DNA of 64,000 nt, from the IMG/VR virus record IMGVR_UViG_3300005613_000002, positions 186,001 through 250,000 of that record; one strand, 5' to 3'. The position numbers and the translations under genes are program-made. The notes beneath the pieces were generated by a model. It did not search any database. It saw only the letters and a list, made by a program, of their open reading frames with translations, and was not told where the DNA came from. Each line of letters opens with the position of its first letter. The stretch's first letter is position 1. Positions 43,179 to 52,355 of the stretch are shown here, one piece after another.

Positions 43179-43197
43179 TCTTAAAATATTTATTGAT

Positions 43198-43389
43198 TTA
43201 TCTACAGGTACAATTCTCAACTCTTTTCCCACAACCATCACAATGCCAATGCTCACCATACCCAGAATAATGTTTATAGGTCATTGACCATTTATTACAG
43301 GTTGGACACATACCTGTTGTGGTATGTTTACCTCTACGTTGTAACTCTTTTTCAAGTTCATTTGTTGATGCTAGTCTAAGATTTACCAT
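43198..43389 (-). CDS. small Zn-finger protein
   Basis: CPTC...CDGC. Confidence 0.65.
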   Translation of the reverse strand: MVNLRLASTNELEKELQRRGKHTTTGMCPTCNKWSMTYKHYSGYGEHWHCDGCGKRVENCTCR

Positions 43390-43631
43390 TAGGTTCTTTT
43401 TTCAATTGGTAACATACAGGTAGTACAAAAATCTCTACCATTTTTAAATCTAACTTGTGGATATGGGCAAATACATGTGTCATGAACTAAAGTAATTAAT
43501 CTGGTTTCAAGTTCTTTTGCATAAACTTCCCAACCACAAGAGGGTTCATCAAAACCCTTTAAATAATAATTCATTTCAGTTATTACTTCTTTTCTTAGTT
43601 CAACTATTCCACATTTAGAATTTTTACCCAT
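43389..43631 (-). CDS. small Cys-rich protein
   Basis: CIC...CTTC. Confidence 0.6.
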   Translation of the reverse strand: MGKNSKCGIVELRKEVITEMNYYLKGFDEPSCGWEVYAKELETRLITLVHDTCICPYPQVRFKNGRDFCTTCMLPIEKRT

Positions 43632-43888
43632 TATTCAATATTTTTATTTGCTTCTTCAATAAATTTCATTTGTTCTAATGCCCATTTCCTAGCATCATTA
43701 TAATCTGACTCAATTGGTTTTCGAAAACATTTACCAAATTTTTTACTTAATAGACGAATGTGAACATCATTCTGGTTTAACTTTATTAATGGAGTTGAAA
43801 CTTTATATATTTCAGCAATAACTTTCCCATAATAAGGCTCAATTGTAAATCCATACTCTCTATTATTAATTTTCAAGTTTTCACTCAT
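43631..43888 (-). CDS. hypothetical protein
   Basis: TAATG coupling. Confidence 0.65.
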   Translation of the reverse strand: MSENLKINNREYGFTIEPYYGKVIAEIYKVSTPLIKLNQNDVHIRLLSKKFGKCFRKPIESDYNDARKWALEQMKFIEEANKNIE

Positions 43889-44061
43889 GACTTATTTTTA
43901 TTTAAAATTTTAATTCAATAACAATCCCTTCAATACCATCAGAATACTTAGTTCTTTCACGCATTTCAACAACAATATTATCAATGTTATCATCTAACAT
44001 TTTCTTTATTTCTAATTTGTCAACAACAGTACCTTTTTTATATGTTTCCTGATAGGTAATA

Positions 44062-44445
44062 CTATTTTTTGCCATGATTATAATTTTTTAATTTAAATTC
44101 ATTTACTAGATCATTAACTTTTTTCGGGTCAACAATCTCATAATCTTTTTTGAACTGCATCACATCTTCAATAGTTTTTAACCAACTAAATTTAGCACCT
44201 AATATTTGATGTTTGCTTTGATTATTGGCTTTCATCATTCTTCCAACTTCTTCCTTCACTTTAGTTTTTCTTGCTGGTCTAATTGGAAGATAAGCATATC
44301 TTTTCCCTTTATAATTAAAACTATAACCTAATAGTGTATTATTGAAAATAGTTTCATTCTTTCTAATTGAGAAATGTTTATGCGTAAATATATAAATTAA
44401 CAGAATAGAGTTAATAATTGTAATTATATAATTTAATATCATCAT
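44062..44445 (-). CDS. membrane-anchored basic protein
   Basis: Start moved from 44487. Confidence 0.65.
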   Translation of the reverse strand: MMILNYIITIINSILLIYIFTHKHFSIRKNETIFNNTLLGYSFNYKGKRYAYLPIRPARKTKVKEEVGRMMKANNQSKHQILGAKFSWLKTIEDVMQFKKDYEIVDPKKVNDLVNEFKLKNYNHGKK

Positions 44446-44455
44446 AATTTTAAAA

Positions 44456-44670
44456 TTAAATAAAAAGAATATTACCAAATGAAACAATATCTTGCAACAT
44501 CATCATTCCATTATCACAACGACATTGCTTTAATACTGGACGATTACTGTGTTCAATAATCCAATTTTTAAACTGTTCTTTAGTTACTTGGGATGAACCC
44601 CAAAGTGTGTCCTTGTTATTTTTCCACAAGCTCTACATTTTACATCATATTCCCAATTTCTATCTTCCAT
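44456..44670 (-). pseudogene. Zn-binding gene split by a frameshift at a G4 run
   Basis: MEDRNWEYDVKCRACG...HFG then continuation in -1 frame ...KQCRCDNG...NILFI. Confidence 0.55.
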
Positions 44671-44684
44671 AACTGTATCTTATT

Positions 44685-44744
44685 TTATACCCTTAAAGGT
44701 ATAATTATTAGTTTTTTACTCTCATTATACCCTTAAAGGTATAA
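44685..44744. repeat. two identical 20-bp palindromes, 40-bp period
   Basis: TTATACC-CTTAAA-GGTATAA at 44685 and 44725. Confidence 0.85.
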
Positions 44745-44748
44745 ATGA

Positions 44749-44979
44749 TTATGATGTTAACATTCTTAATATAGTATATTTCACATCATCAATAATAATG
44801 AGATCATCATAAACGCTAACACCCATTAGATTACTTTTACGTTTATCACCATTTTTATTTACCATAAGAAATATATCCATATAACTATCATAGGTTTCTA
44901 CTCTGACTAAATCATTATCAACAACAGCATTATTTTTTATGTTAGTTGTTGGGGTGAATACAATTTTACTCTTACTCAT
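44749..44979 (-). CDS. hypothetical protein
   Basis: Co-oriented ORF. Confidence 0.65.
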   Translation of the reverse strand: MSKSKIVFTPTTNIKNNAVVDNDLVRVETYDSYMDIFLMVNKNGDKRKSNLMGVSVYDDLIIIDDVKYTILRMLTS

Positions 44980-45253
44980 TTGTTATCGTTTTATTACGTT
45001 CAGCACAATATTTACAATTCCCCTTATGTGCTAAACTTTGATTATCACTTGAACCATCACGTAAAATATATTCACAACTATCAATTTCAATTATTTTAAC
45101 ATTGTGAGGTAAATTAAATTCAATACGATTTGATTTATTCTTTTCTGCTTCTTTTAATTCTTTCAATTTAGTTTCATGATATTCAATATCATGAACACAT
45201 CCAACACTAAAAAATAGTGTAATTAAGAATAAAAATTTAATTAAATTTTTCAT
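44972..45253 (-). CDS. small lipoprotein
   Basis: Lipobox SVGC; IDSCEYI...AHKGNCKYC. Confidence 0.7.
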   Translation of the reverse strand: MKNLIKFLFLITLFFSVGCVHDIEYHETKLKELKEAEKNKSNRIEFNLPHNVKIIEIDSCEYILRDGSSDNQSLAHKGNCKYCAERNKTITNE

Positions 45254-45254
45254 T

Positions 45255-45446
45255 TTATTTATCCTTTTTAATTAATATATGTGGACTATTTTCTGCATTA
45301 ATTTGACTACACATCTTATCAACCTCATTTAGGAACTCATTCATAAATGGTAAATTGTTCGGAAATATCCAAGTACCATCCGTACCTCTAAAGTGATATT
45401 CGAGTCTTTGTTTAACTATATCAGATTGTTTTTTTAAATCGCTCAT
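45255..45446 (-). CDS. hypothetical protein
   Basis: Co-oriented ORF. Confidence 0.6.
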   Translation of the reverse strand: MSDLKKQSDIVKQRLEYHFRGTDGTWIFPNNLPFMNEFLNEVDKMCSQINAENSPHILIKKDK

Positions 45447-45454
45447 TATTTCTA

Positions 45455-45811
45455 TTAGGTTATAATCATTAATTCTTTTAAAACTTCAACATATCTTTCT
45501 TTACTCATTGCCATAACTACTGAATCATCACTAGTATCAGCATAACAATCGAACTTATTTTCAAAAATCTGTTTAAGTTCATTTTCACTATATTGCTTAA
45601 TTCTATTTAAGATTTGTTCATTGGTTTGTAAATCTTTAACTGGAATATCTTTCGATGAATTATTAGCTAGAATAGCATCATCTTTACCTAAATAATATGC
45701 TTTATGTTTTAAACTATTATTACGGATTCTAAAAGTATGTGATATTAACTCATTTAACCCATCCCTATAACCCCACATATAATATTCCAATAAATCTTTA
45801 TCTGTTATCAT
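45455..45811 (-). CDS. hypothetical protein
   Basis: Co-oriented ORF. Confidence 0.7.
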   Translation of the reverse strand: MITDKDLLEYYMWGYRDGLNELISHTFRIRNNSLKHKAYYLGKDDAILANNSSKDIPVKDLQTNEQILNRIKQYSENELKQIFENKFDCYADTSDDSVVMAMSKERYVEVLKELMIIT

Positions 45812-45819
45812 TTTTATTA

Positions 45820-46110
45820 TTATTGATTACATTCACAAGTTTTACAATCTTCATTTAAACAATCGTGATATCTTGTTGCTTTCAGAAAACCACCATTATA
45901 ACAAATTAAATTATTAATAGTGCTTTTTATTTCAATATCTTCTAACTTCTTTGCTTTATTAAATGAAACATCTGGAATTAAACCAGCGTCATAACATTTC
46001 AAGAAATGAATGAATTTATCAACTTGAATAAGATTCCACCATAAAATAATTAATCTTTGTCTTTTAGTTAAAGATTTAAGATATTTTATATATTTCGATT
46101 CTTCTTTCAT
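45820..46110 (-). CDS. hypothetical protein, probably leaderless
   Basis: ATG 13 nt after the -10 C. Confidence 0.65.
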   Translation of the reverse strand: MKEESKYIKYLKSLTKRQRLIILWWNLIQVDKFIHFLKCYDAGLIPDVSFNKAKKLEDIEIKSTINNLICYNGGFLKATRYHDCLNEDCKTCECNQ

Positions 46111-46116
46111 AATAGA

Positions 46117-46145
46117 TTATACGAATACTAATAAAAAATGTTACA
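46117..46145 (-). promoter_or_regulatory. ECF-type phage promoter
   Basis: TGTAAC-N16-CGTATAA. Confidence 0.85.
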
Positions 46146-46338
46146 AACTTTTAATACCAATTTTTCTCATTGTTTTACATCTTTCAACTAAATCCTTAAA
46201 ATCAGTATCAACAAAAAAGCATTGAAAATATTTTTGAGGTTCATCAACTAGAATCACCTTAATATAGTTATTATTGGTATTATCAATAATTGCTATTTTA
46301 TTTGTTCCCTCATAAAAATCATGTACGTCTTGTCTCAT
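46141..46338 (-). CDS. hypothetical protein
   Basis: Stop TAA inside -35 box. Confidence 0.65.
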   Translation of the reverse strand: MRQDVHDFYEGTNKIAIIDNTNNNYIKVILVDEPQKYFQCFFVDTDFKDLVERCKTMRKIGIKSL

Positions 46339-46647
46339 TACTCATTATCTTTAGTACGCACAACAATATAACCATATGTATTTTTATATTCATATGCTTC
46401 ACTTGCATAGTCACAATAAAGATTACCTGCTGGTGTTATTACTGTCCATGCTTTTTTTTCTGTTCTTGATGTTGCCATAGTATTATTTAATTAATATCAT
46501 AAATAAAAATAATAAGTATCCAACTTACTACTATTAACATTATCAAATGATAACGTAAAAACCATGAATACTTAAAATATCTACGTTCTTTCCTGAAATA
46601 TTCAATAAAAAAACCAATATATGGAATAAATGAAAGTATGTTTTTCA

Positions 46648-46833
46648 TTATGTTTTTTCATTTAAAATTTCAGCATCAGAAAAACTAATTATTCCAGTTA
46701 AAAGTCCTTCATCAGTTTCAACCTTATAACCATGTTTGTGCGTTTCTTTACTAACTTCAACGGTTTTTCCAACTTGATCTCTATACCAATAAGTTGGTTT
46801 ACTACATTTTATGATTTTAACCAACAATCCCAT
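46648..46833 (-). CDS. hypothetical protein
   Basis: Co-oriented ORF. Confidence 0.65.
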   Translation of the reverse strand: MGLLVKIIKCSKPTYWYRDQVGKTVEVSKETHKHGYKVETDEGLLTGIISFSDAEILNEKT

Positions 46834-47080
46834 ATATTATATTTAAAATCTTTTTCTTAGTTAAATATCCATCATAATCATAATTATGAAGACATATTAT
46901 TTCAGTTACATTTTTTTCATCTTGGTCTGATGTTTCAGTGATGAACATCATTTCATTAGGTGTTCCAACAGCAGCAACACTTATTTGTCGATGTCTACCC
47001 AATTTATAGATATGGGAATTTGAAACAGTAAAATGTGGAATAGGTTCAAAACCTATTAATACTAAATCATCACTAGTCAT
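46817..47080 (-). CDS. hypothetical protein
   Basis: Start moved from 47110. Confidence 0.65.
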   Translation of the reverse strand: MTSDDLVLIGFEPIPHFTVSNSHIYKLGRHRQISVAAVGTPNEMMFITETSDQDEKNVTEIICLHNYDYDGYLTKKKILNIIYGIVG

Positions 47081-47081
47081 T

Positions 47082-47333
47082 TTAATTTCTTTTAATGAAA
47101 AGTCTTTCAACTCTATTATTTACATCTTTTTCATAATATCCAGCAAACCTACTTAAATTTCCTTTTGCTGAATTTTCAGCTTCACTATATCCACAATTAT
47201 GTGTCATTTGGATATATTGGATATAATCTGCCATATATTGTTTAGCATCAGCTTCATCAGTAATTAACATAGCTGGTTTTAATGTCTCGCTATATGATAA
47301 TTCTTTTTTGTTTTCTGGATTAAATTTTGTCAT
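47082..47333 (-). CDS. hypothetical protein
   Basis: Co-oriented ORF. Confidence 0.7.
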   Translation of the reverse strand: MTKFNPENKKELSYSETLKPAMLITDEADAKQYMADYIQYIQMTHNCGYSEAENSAKGNLSRFAGYYEKDVNNRVERLFIKRN

Positions 47334-47342
47334 GATAATAGT

Positions 47343-47690
47343 TTAAATAATTGGAATTTCTTTATATCTAAATTTTGGTATTTGTGCTTTATCATAAAAA
47401 CCAATAGACCAACAATCATTCACAGTCCAGAATCCTTTTGATTCACAAAACTCTTTAGCTTCATCTTCTGTTAATTTATAACCATATGGCTTATAACCAT
47501 CAGCGTTTCTATTTTCCATTGGGTCAATCCAACCCTTTTCAATTAAGAATATTGATTTGAATTCTCTTTCAGAATTAATTATAGCTTCTTTAATTTGGAA
47601 TTCAGCATACTCTTTTTGTTGTTCATCTAAACCAACACGTTTGTTAATCCATTCAACCCTTTGTTTTGCATCTGCTTCAATACTTTTCAT
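47343..47690 (-). CDS. hypothetical protein
   Basis: Co-oriented ORF. Confidence 0.7.
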   Translation of the reverse strand: MKSIEADAKQRVEWINKRVGLDEQQKEYAEFQIKEAIINSEREFKSIFLIEKGWIDPMENRNADGYKPYGYKLTEDEAKEFCESKGFWTVNDCWSIGFYDKAQIPKFRYKEIPII

Positions 47691-47696
47691 TTGGAT

Positions 47697-47927
47697 TTAT
47701 TTTACAACCAATTCAAAATCAACATCTTTTTTACTACATGTAGTATAAAATTTGAATAAATATCCTTTATTAAAACATGCTTCTCTTAACCTATCGGCAA
47801 ATTCACTACCACCTTCATCATTTTCTGGTTTTAAAACATCAACCTTATCAATAGGTATTGTTAGAAATGGTGGTTCTTTAATTGTTTCATCATATCTTGT
47901 TATGATACATTTTTTTAGAATTTCCAT
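47697..47927 (-). CDS. hypothetical protein
   Basis: First gene after promoter. Confidence 0.7.
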   Translation of the reverse strand: MEILKKCIITRYDETIKEPPFLTIPIDKVDVLKPENDEGGSEFADRLREACFNKGYLFKFYTTCSKKDVDFELVVK

Positions 47928-47942
47928 GTTGTTTTTTATTTA

Positions 47943-47971
47943 TTATACGAAGATTATTATTTTTTGTTACA
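47943..47971 (-). promoter_or_regulatory. ECF-type phage promoter
   Basis: TGTAAC-N16-CGTATAA. Confidence 0.85.
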
Positions 47972-48434
47972 ACCATTCACCATTTTCATCACATTTTACT
48001 AAATCATTAGCAAAATAAGCTGAAACTCTATCTTCTTTACCATATGGTTTAAAATATAATTGACCATCTTCTTTTTTATATATTTTTTGTGCTCCATCTT
48101 TCTGCACATCAACATAATCATCTTCGTTTAATTCTCTTTTAAATTTATCATAACATTTAATAAATTTTTTACCTGCTTCACAATCACATTGAATATATTT
48201 TTCAAATGGTTCAGAATAACGTGAGCCACTATCCTTACATTTCTCACATTTATATACTGTAGGTATGAAATGAATTGTTAAATTATCTAGTTCTCCATCA
48301 TCGTATTCATTCCAACTAATTGAGTCAACTGAACATAGGTTAATACCCATATAATTAGGAATTACATGTAATGGTAATGGGCATTTCTCATTGTTATTAA
48401 TTATATCATCAACTTTTTTTATAATTCTTTTCAT
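47967..48434 (-). CDS. hypothetical protein with CxxC/CxC Zn motif
   Basis: Stop TAA inside -35 box. Confidence 0.7.
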   Translation of the reverse strand: MKRIIKKVDDIINNNEKCPLPLHVIPNYMGINLCSVDSISWNEYDDGELDNLTIHFIPTVYKCEKCKDSGSRYSEPFEKYIQCDCEAGKKFIKCYDKFKRELNEDDYVDVQKDGAQKIYKKEDGQLYFKPYGKEDRVSAYFANDLVKCDENGEWL

Positions 48435-48440
48435 TTGGAT

Positions 48441-48707
48441 TTATTTTAGATTTTTTATTGGTATACCAGTATTCTTATCATATTTACTCATAATTGATAG
48501 TCTTTCTTCATCAGTTAAATTCTTAAACGCACATACTACAGAATTCTTTTTATGTGATTTAATTAATTCATGAACTGATTTAGCTACACCAGATGAATCA
48601 AATTTAAAATATGCTTCTAAATATTTTACATGTTCATCAAGAGTAAAAAACTTATTGAAGTCTATAAATTCTGCATGTTTTATTTTCTTTTCGTCTTTCT
48701 TACTCAC
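48441..48707 (-). CDS. hypothetical protein
   Basis: Co-oriented ORF. Confidence 0.65.
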   Translation of the reverse strand: MSKKDEKKIKHAEFIDFNKFFTLDEHVKYLEAYFKFDSSGVAKSVHELIKSHKKNSVVCAFKNLTDEERLSIMSKYDKNTGIPIKNLK

Positions 48708-48955
48708 TTTAAACTATCTTTATTTTTTGCATATTTTCTTGCACCTTTACTTAATGGTTTAACTAGAACATTAATTCCATATTCTGCTTTTCCATTACTT
48801 GAAATGCTTGGGATTTTAAAACAAACTTTTTTAACTACCTCAAATTCCCAACCAGTATTATCAGGTAAAAAAACATCACCTTTATTTAGATATTTGGCAG
48901 CTTCTGCATCTGCTAAATATTCAAAAGTTTTATATATTCTTACGTGTATACTCAT
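48704..48955 (-). CDS. hypothetical protein
   Basis: ATGA coupling. Confidence 0.65.
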   Translation of the reverse strand: MSIHVRIYKTFEYLADAEAAKYLNKGDVFLPDNTGWEFEVVKKVCFKIPSISSNGKAEYGINVLVKPLSKGARKYAKNKDSLK

Positions 48956-48964
48956 GTTTTATAA

Positions 48965-49207
48965 TTATACAGACCATGCTTCATCCATGTCTGATTTAAC
49001 GTTACTTAATTCAGTTTGGATATTAATTAATAGTTCGTGATATTCTTGTTGTTTAGCATCGATTTGTTCATCTGCGAACTTAATTTTACCTATGACATCT
49101 TCTTTATATTCATAAGCAATACTAAGTTCATCTTTTAGTTGAACCTGCTTTAGTTTCAATTCATCTAACTTTTTTAATCTTTTTAAATATTTTTCTGGAA
49201 ATCCCAT
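48965..49207 (-). CDS. coiled-coil hypothetical protein
   Basis: Co-oriented ORF. Confidence 0.65.
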   Translation of the reverse strand: MGFPEKYLKRLKKLDELKLKQVQLKDELSIAYEYKEDVIGKIKFADEQIDAKQQEYHELLINIQTELSNVKSDMDEAWSV

Positions 49208-49209
49208 AA

Positions 49210-49674
49210 TTATTTTTCTTTAAAAAAACAACTAACGATATTTGATAATTCATCAGTTATTTCAGTTTGTATTTCTTTACCGATATTATTCCACCAATCA
49301 TCAAAACCACTTCTATCATTTAATGCAAATATCATTCTACCAACGACTTCTTTTGTGTCTTTAGTGTTAATGTTTTCACATTCTATGAAAGCATATTGGA
49401 GTTTCTTTTTATATACATCACCAATAATTTTAAAGAAATATTCATTAGAATAAATCCCAATATATTTACCAAAATCAGCAATTTGTGTTGTATTATCTGG
49501 TATATTTATAGTTTGTGTATCTTTAAATTGATTTTTAATTACACATTCTAATCCAACACCACCAAATTTTGCAGATTCAATTTGATTTAAAATACATACT
49601 GGTAATTTTTTCAGTAATTCCTCTGCTTTTTGAAATGTTTCAATATCTTGAGCAGTAATATTAATGTTTTTCAT
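49210..49674 (-). CDS. hypothetical protein
   Basis: Co-oriented ORF. Confidence 0.7.
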   Translation of the reverse strand: MKNINITAQDIETFQKAEELLKKLPVCILNQIESAKFGGVGLECVIKNQFKDTQTINIPDNTTQIADFGKYIGIYSNEYFFKIIGDVYKKKLQYAFIECENINTKDTKEVVGRMIFALNDRSGFDDWWNNIGKEIQTEITDELSNIVSCFFKEK

Positions 49675-49676
49675 AA

Positions 49677-50102
49677 TTATTTTTTTTCAACTTTTTTATA
49701 TTTGACCATTCCAGTATATTTGTTTGTCTTTTTCATTACGTCACAACAAACACTTATTGGTTTTGATTCATAACCTAAAAATGGATTGGATGTGGTCTTG
49801 GTATATCTCTTGTCAGCTTCATAAATTTCCCATTTAGTCCACCTGTTAAAAATTCTATTAAGAAAATTGAAACTAAAGAAACGTTTCTTTATCTTTTTAG
49901 GGTTATCAATATCATACCATTTATTAAACAATTCATTCAGCTTATTAGCATCGTTAACTTCCAGACTTAGAGCAACACATGTAGAATTATCACCAATTTC
50001 ATAAGGATTGCATTTAAAACGTGCTGTAGGTAAATTAGTCCTGATAAAAGACTTTAATTCTGTAAGTCTATGAGTTTTTATATTAAATGTTTGTTCTACC
50101 AT
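49677..50102 (-). CDS. hypothetical protein
   Basis: Co-oriented ORF. Confidence 0.7.
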   Translation of the reverse strand: MVEQTFNIKTHRLTELKSFIRTNLPTARFKCNPYEIGDNSTCVALSLEVNDANKLNELFNKWYDIDNPKKIKKRFFSFNFLNRIFNRWTKWEIYEADKRYTKTTSNPFLGYESKPISVCCDVMKKTNKYTGMVKYKKVEKK

Positions 50103-50113
50103 TTTTCACAAAA

Positions 50114-50266
50114 TTAATCATTATTTGAGTTAGCTCTTTCTTTTATATATTCTTCAAGCTTTTCATAGAATAAACCTACGTCATTCCATTTATTATGAAT
50201 TTCTCTCACTTGTTCTTCACACATGTCATAATCTCGTGCCGTTTGTTTAATACAATTATCGTTCAT
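50114..50266 (-). CDS. small protein, 50 aa
   Basis: MNDNCIKQTARDY...; first gene after promoter, not in ORF track. Confidence 0.6.
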   Translation of the reverse strand: MNDNCIKQTARDYDMCEEQVREIHNKWNDVGLFYEKLEEYIKERANSNND

Positions 50267-50291
50267 GATTATTATTTTAAATTATATTAAA

Positions 50292-50320
50292 TTATACGTA
50301 TATTTTAAAATAATGTTACA
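50292..50320 (-). promoter_or_regulatory. ECF-type phage promoter
   Basis: TGTAAC-N16-CGTATAA. Confidence 0.85.
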
Positions 50321-50675
50321 TTTTCTCTTGTTTATCTTTATCACTCTCAATTTCGTCTTCAATTTGTTTTTTCATTTCATCCATGAACGTTCCAAAATGA
50401 TAAACATATGCTGCTTCAAACCCATACATTCTTAATGGATTATCCATATTCAACATTACGTCAAACTCGCTTTTTGGTAATATGTTTGTTTTTTGTAATT
50501 CAGTTAGATTAAGATTAAATAAATATTTAGCGAATTCAATTCTAACTTCATTACATTCATCATTACTAATTTCAACACCATCATACATTTTTCTAATGAA
50601 ATAACGGAATAATCCCTCAGAACATAAAAATGATTCATATGAATCATTCTCGGTTTTTTCTTTTTTATTTTTCAT
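50316..50675 (-). CDS. hypothetical protein
   Basis: Stop TAA inside -35 box; start moved from 50696. Confidence 0.65.
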   Translation of the reverse strand: MKNKKEKTENDSYESFLCSEGLFRYFIRKMYDGVEISNDECNEVRIEFAKYLFNLNLTELQKTNILPKSEFDVMLNMDNPLRMYGFEAAYVYHFGTFMDEMKKQIEDEIESDKDKQEKM

Positions 50676-51081
50676 CTGATTTTTGTTTAGCTTCACAATG
50701 TTTATTGATTTTTTCTTGAGTTTCCAAATATGTTAACTCACCATTATTGAATTTATCCATGAATTCTTGAGTTTCTGGATTATTTTTCACATAATCAACA
50801 ACATACCAAGAAAAATATTTTTGATCTGATTTTTTACAATGGGATTTCAATCCTTCTGGACTTGTCCCACCAGAATTACAACCATTACTGTTTATAGTAT
50901 GTTCACAATCATCACATAATGGAGCACCACATACTAAACCCATTGTTTCAGAACATTCATGAGTTGCTTTAGCACCACAACTACAACACATAATATCTTT
51001 ATGTTCTTCACAATAACCTGATTCATCGGCATCATTTTTACATTTACCAATCCATGCTTTATCAAATTTACATTTTTTCAT
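50665..51081 (-). CDS. Cys-rich Zn-binding protein
   Basis: C..C..C.EH...CCSCG...C...CG..LC..C. Confidence 0.7.
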   Translation of the reverse strand: MKKCKFDKAWIGKCKNDADESGYCEEHKDIMCCSCGAKATHECSETMGLVCGAPLCDDCEHTINSNGCNSGGTSPEGLKSHCKKSDQKYFSWYVVDYVKNNPETQEFMDKFNNGELTYLETQEKINKHCEAKQKSDEK

Positions 51082-51083
51082 GA

Positions 51084-51290
51084 TTATTTGTTGTTATTTA
51101 ATATTTTAATACAGTCAACCCATTTATTAAATGAAACACATGGTATAGTTCCACCACCGATAATACTTTTCATTTCTCTAATACGGTCATTATCTTGAAG
51201 TGATTTCTTCCATTCTTTACCATATAATGCCAACCATGCAGCAACAAGGGTATCATCATCATAAGTTATTGAATTTATTTTTTGTTCCAT
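51084..51290 (-). CDS. hypothetical protein, probably leaderless
   Basis: ATG 13 nt after the -10 C. Confidence 0.65.
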   Translation of the reverse strand: MEQKINSITYDDDTLVAAWLALYGKEWKKSLQDNDRIREMKSIIGGGTIPCVSFNKWVDCIKILNNNK

Positions 51291-51296
51291 AATTGA

Positions 51297-51325
51297 TTAT
51301 ACGTAATGATGAATATTTTGTTACA
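51297..51325 (-). promoter_or_regulatory. ECF-type phage promoter
   Basis: TGTAAC-N16-CGTATAA. Confidence 0.85.
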
Positions 51326-51536
51326 ATTCTTTTAATTTTAGTTTAAGTTTATCAACTAACATATTTTCTAAATCAACAAACTTACTTGCCATTTCTTTTG
51401 TTGTTTCATCAAGTATTTCATTAGATGTTGTATCTTGTATTACAATTAATACCTCAACAAATTTTTTTCTTGTTGATTCAATAAAAATAATAGTTTCATC
51501 AATATCCCTTACTAATTCAATATTTCTATATTCCAT
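51321..51536 (-). CDS. hypothetical protein
   Basis: Stop TAA inside -35 box. Confidence 0.65.
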   Translation of the reverse strand: MEYRNIELVRDIDETIIFIESTRKKFVEVLIVIQDTTSNEILDETTKEMASKFVDLENMLVDKLKLKLKEL

Positions 51537-51879
51537 AATAACTAATTTTTATTTTTAGGTTTTTACTTTTTGCTAAATCTATCATATGTTTACTTCCTTT
51601 ACTTTCACCATCCCAGAAAATGATTAATGCGTCAGCATATTCACTCATTTTCTCATTTCGAATATAACCTGCTTTTCTACCGAGTAAATCCCAATTAGCT
51701 GGAAATTGTTTTATTGGATATCCTTTTTCATTAGCATAATTTTCACCAAGTTTATCAGCACCATTTGCTGTTCCACTAACTATTTCAATATCAGTTTGGT
51801 TTGATAACATATGATTACAAACTTTACGTAGTTTATTATAATCATTAAAATCTCTACCACCAGCAATTATTACTTTCAT
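51526..51879 (-). CDS. SLOG-superfamily protein (DUF2493 / YspA-like)
   Basis: MKVIIAGGRDF.DY, IVSG.A.GAD.LG..YA, AG..RN..M..YADA...FWDG.S.G+.HMI. Confidence 0.85.
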   Translation of the reverse strand: MKVIIAGGRDFNDYNKLRKVCNHMLSNQTDIEIVSGTANGADKLGENYANEKGYPIKQFPANWDLLGRKAGYIRNEKMSEYADALIIFWDGESKGSKHMIDLAKSKNLKIKISYYGI

Positions 51880-51899
51880 TTGATTAATATTTAATCAGT

Positions 51900-51935
51900 T
51901 TTACTCCCTCATTTACTCCCTCATTTACTCCCTCA
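51900..51935 (-). repeat. 12-bp tandem repeat x3
   Basis: TTTACTCCCTCA x3 on +; reads (ATG AGG GAG TAA)x3 on -. Confidence 0.9.
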
Positions 51936-51941
51936 TATAGT

Positions 51942-52005
51942 TATCAGGATAACACAAACAATTAGTTAAAAGCTATAATTGCTATCAGAATAACACAAAC
52001 AATTA
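51942..52005. repeat. 23-bp direct repeat, 1 mismatch
   Basis: TATCAG(G/A)ATAACACAAACAATTA at 51942 and 51983. Confidence 0.85.
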
Positions 52006-52123
52006 ATAGAATATTAATTAATCTTTGTTTACGAAACTCATAATATCCAGTTGCTCGACCACCATAACATGGTGTGCCTGTTTCAACAAATTTATACCAA
52101 AAACGTTTCCAAGATTTATTCAT
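51962..52123 (-). CDS. small membrane protein, 53 aa
   Basis: C-terminal TM helix; not in ORF track. Confidence 0.55.
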   Translation of the reverse strand: MNKSWKRFWYKFVETGTPCYGGRATGYYEFRKQRLINILLIVCVILIAIIAFN

Positions 52124-52134
52124 AACTATCATTT

Positions 52135-52353
52135 TTAATTAAAACCATCAATCCAGTTTTTCATTTGGTGAGCATTCGATAAATTACCAGATATTAACAA
52201 CATAGTACCCATTTCTAATGCAAGATGATTTTCTGTTTCTGGATGTTTACTCATATCACTATGAAAACTAGCAAATGCACCAGAAACATCACCCTTATCA
52301 ATACATTCATTTGCTCTTTCTTTACACCAATTTAAATGTTCTGCTCTATTCAT
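52135..52353 (-). CDS. conserved phage hypothetical protein
   Basis: RAEHL.WCKERA.E..D.GD...AFAS..SDM.KHPET..H. Confidence 0.7.
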   Translation of the reverse strand: MNRAEHLNWCKERANECIDKGDVSGAFASFHSDMSKHPETENHLALEMGTMLLISGNLSNAHQMKNWIDGFN

Positions 52354-52355
52354 AA

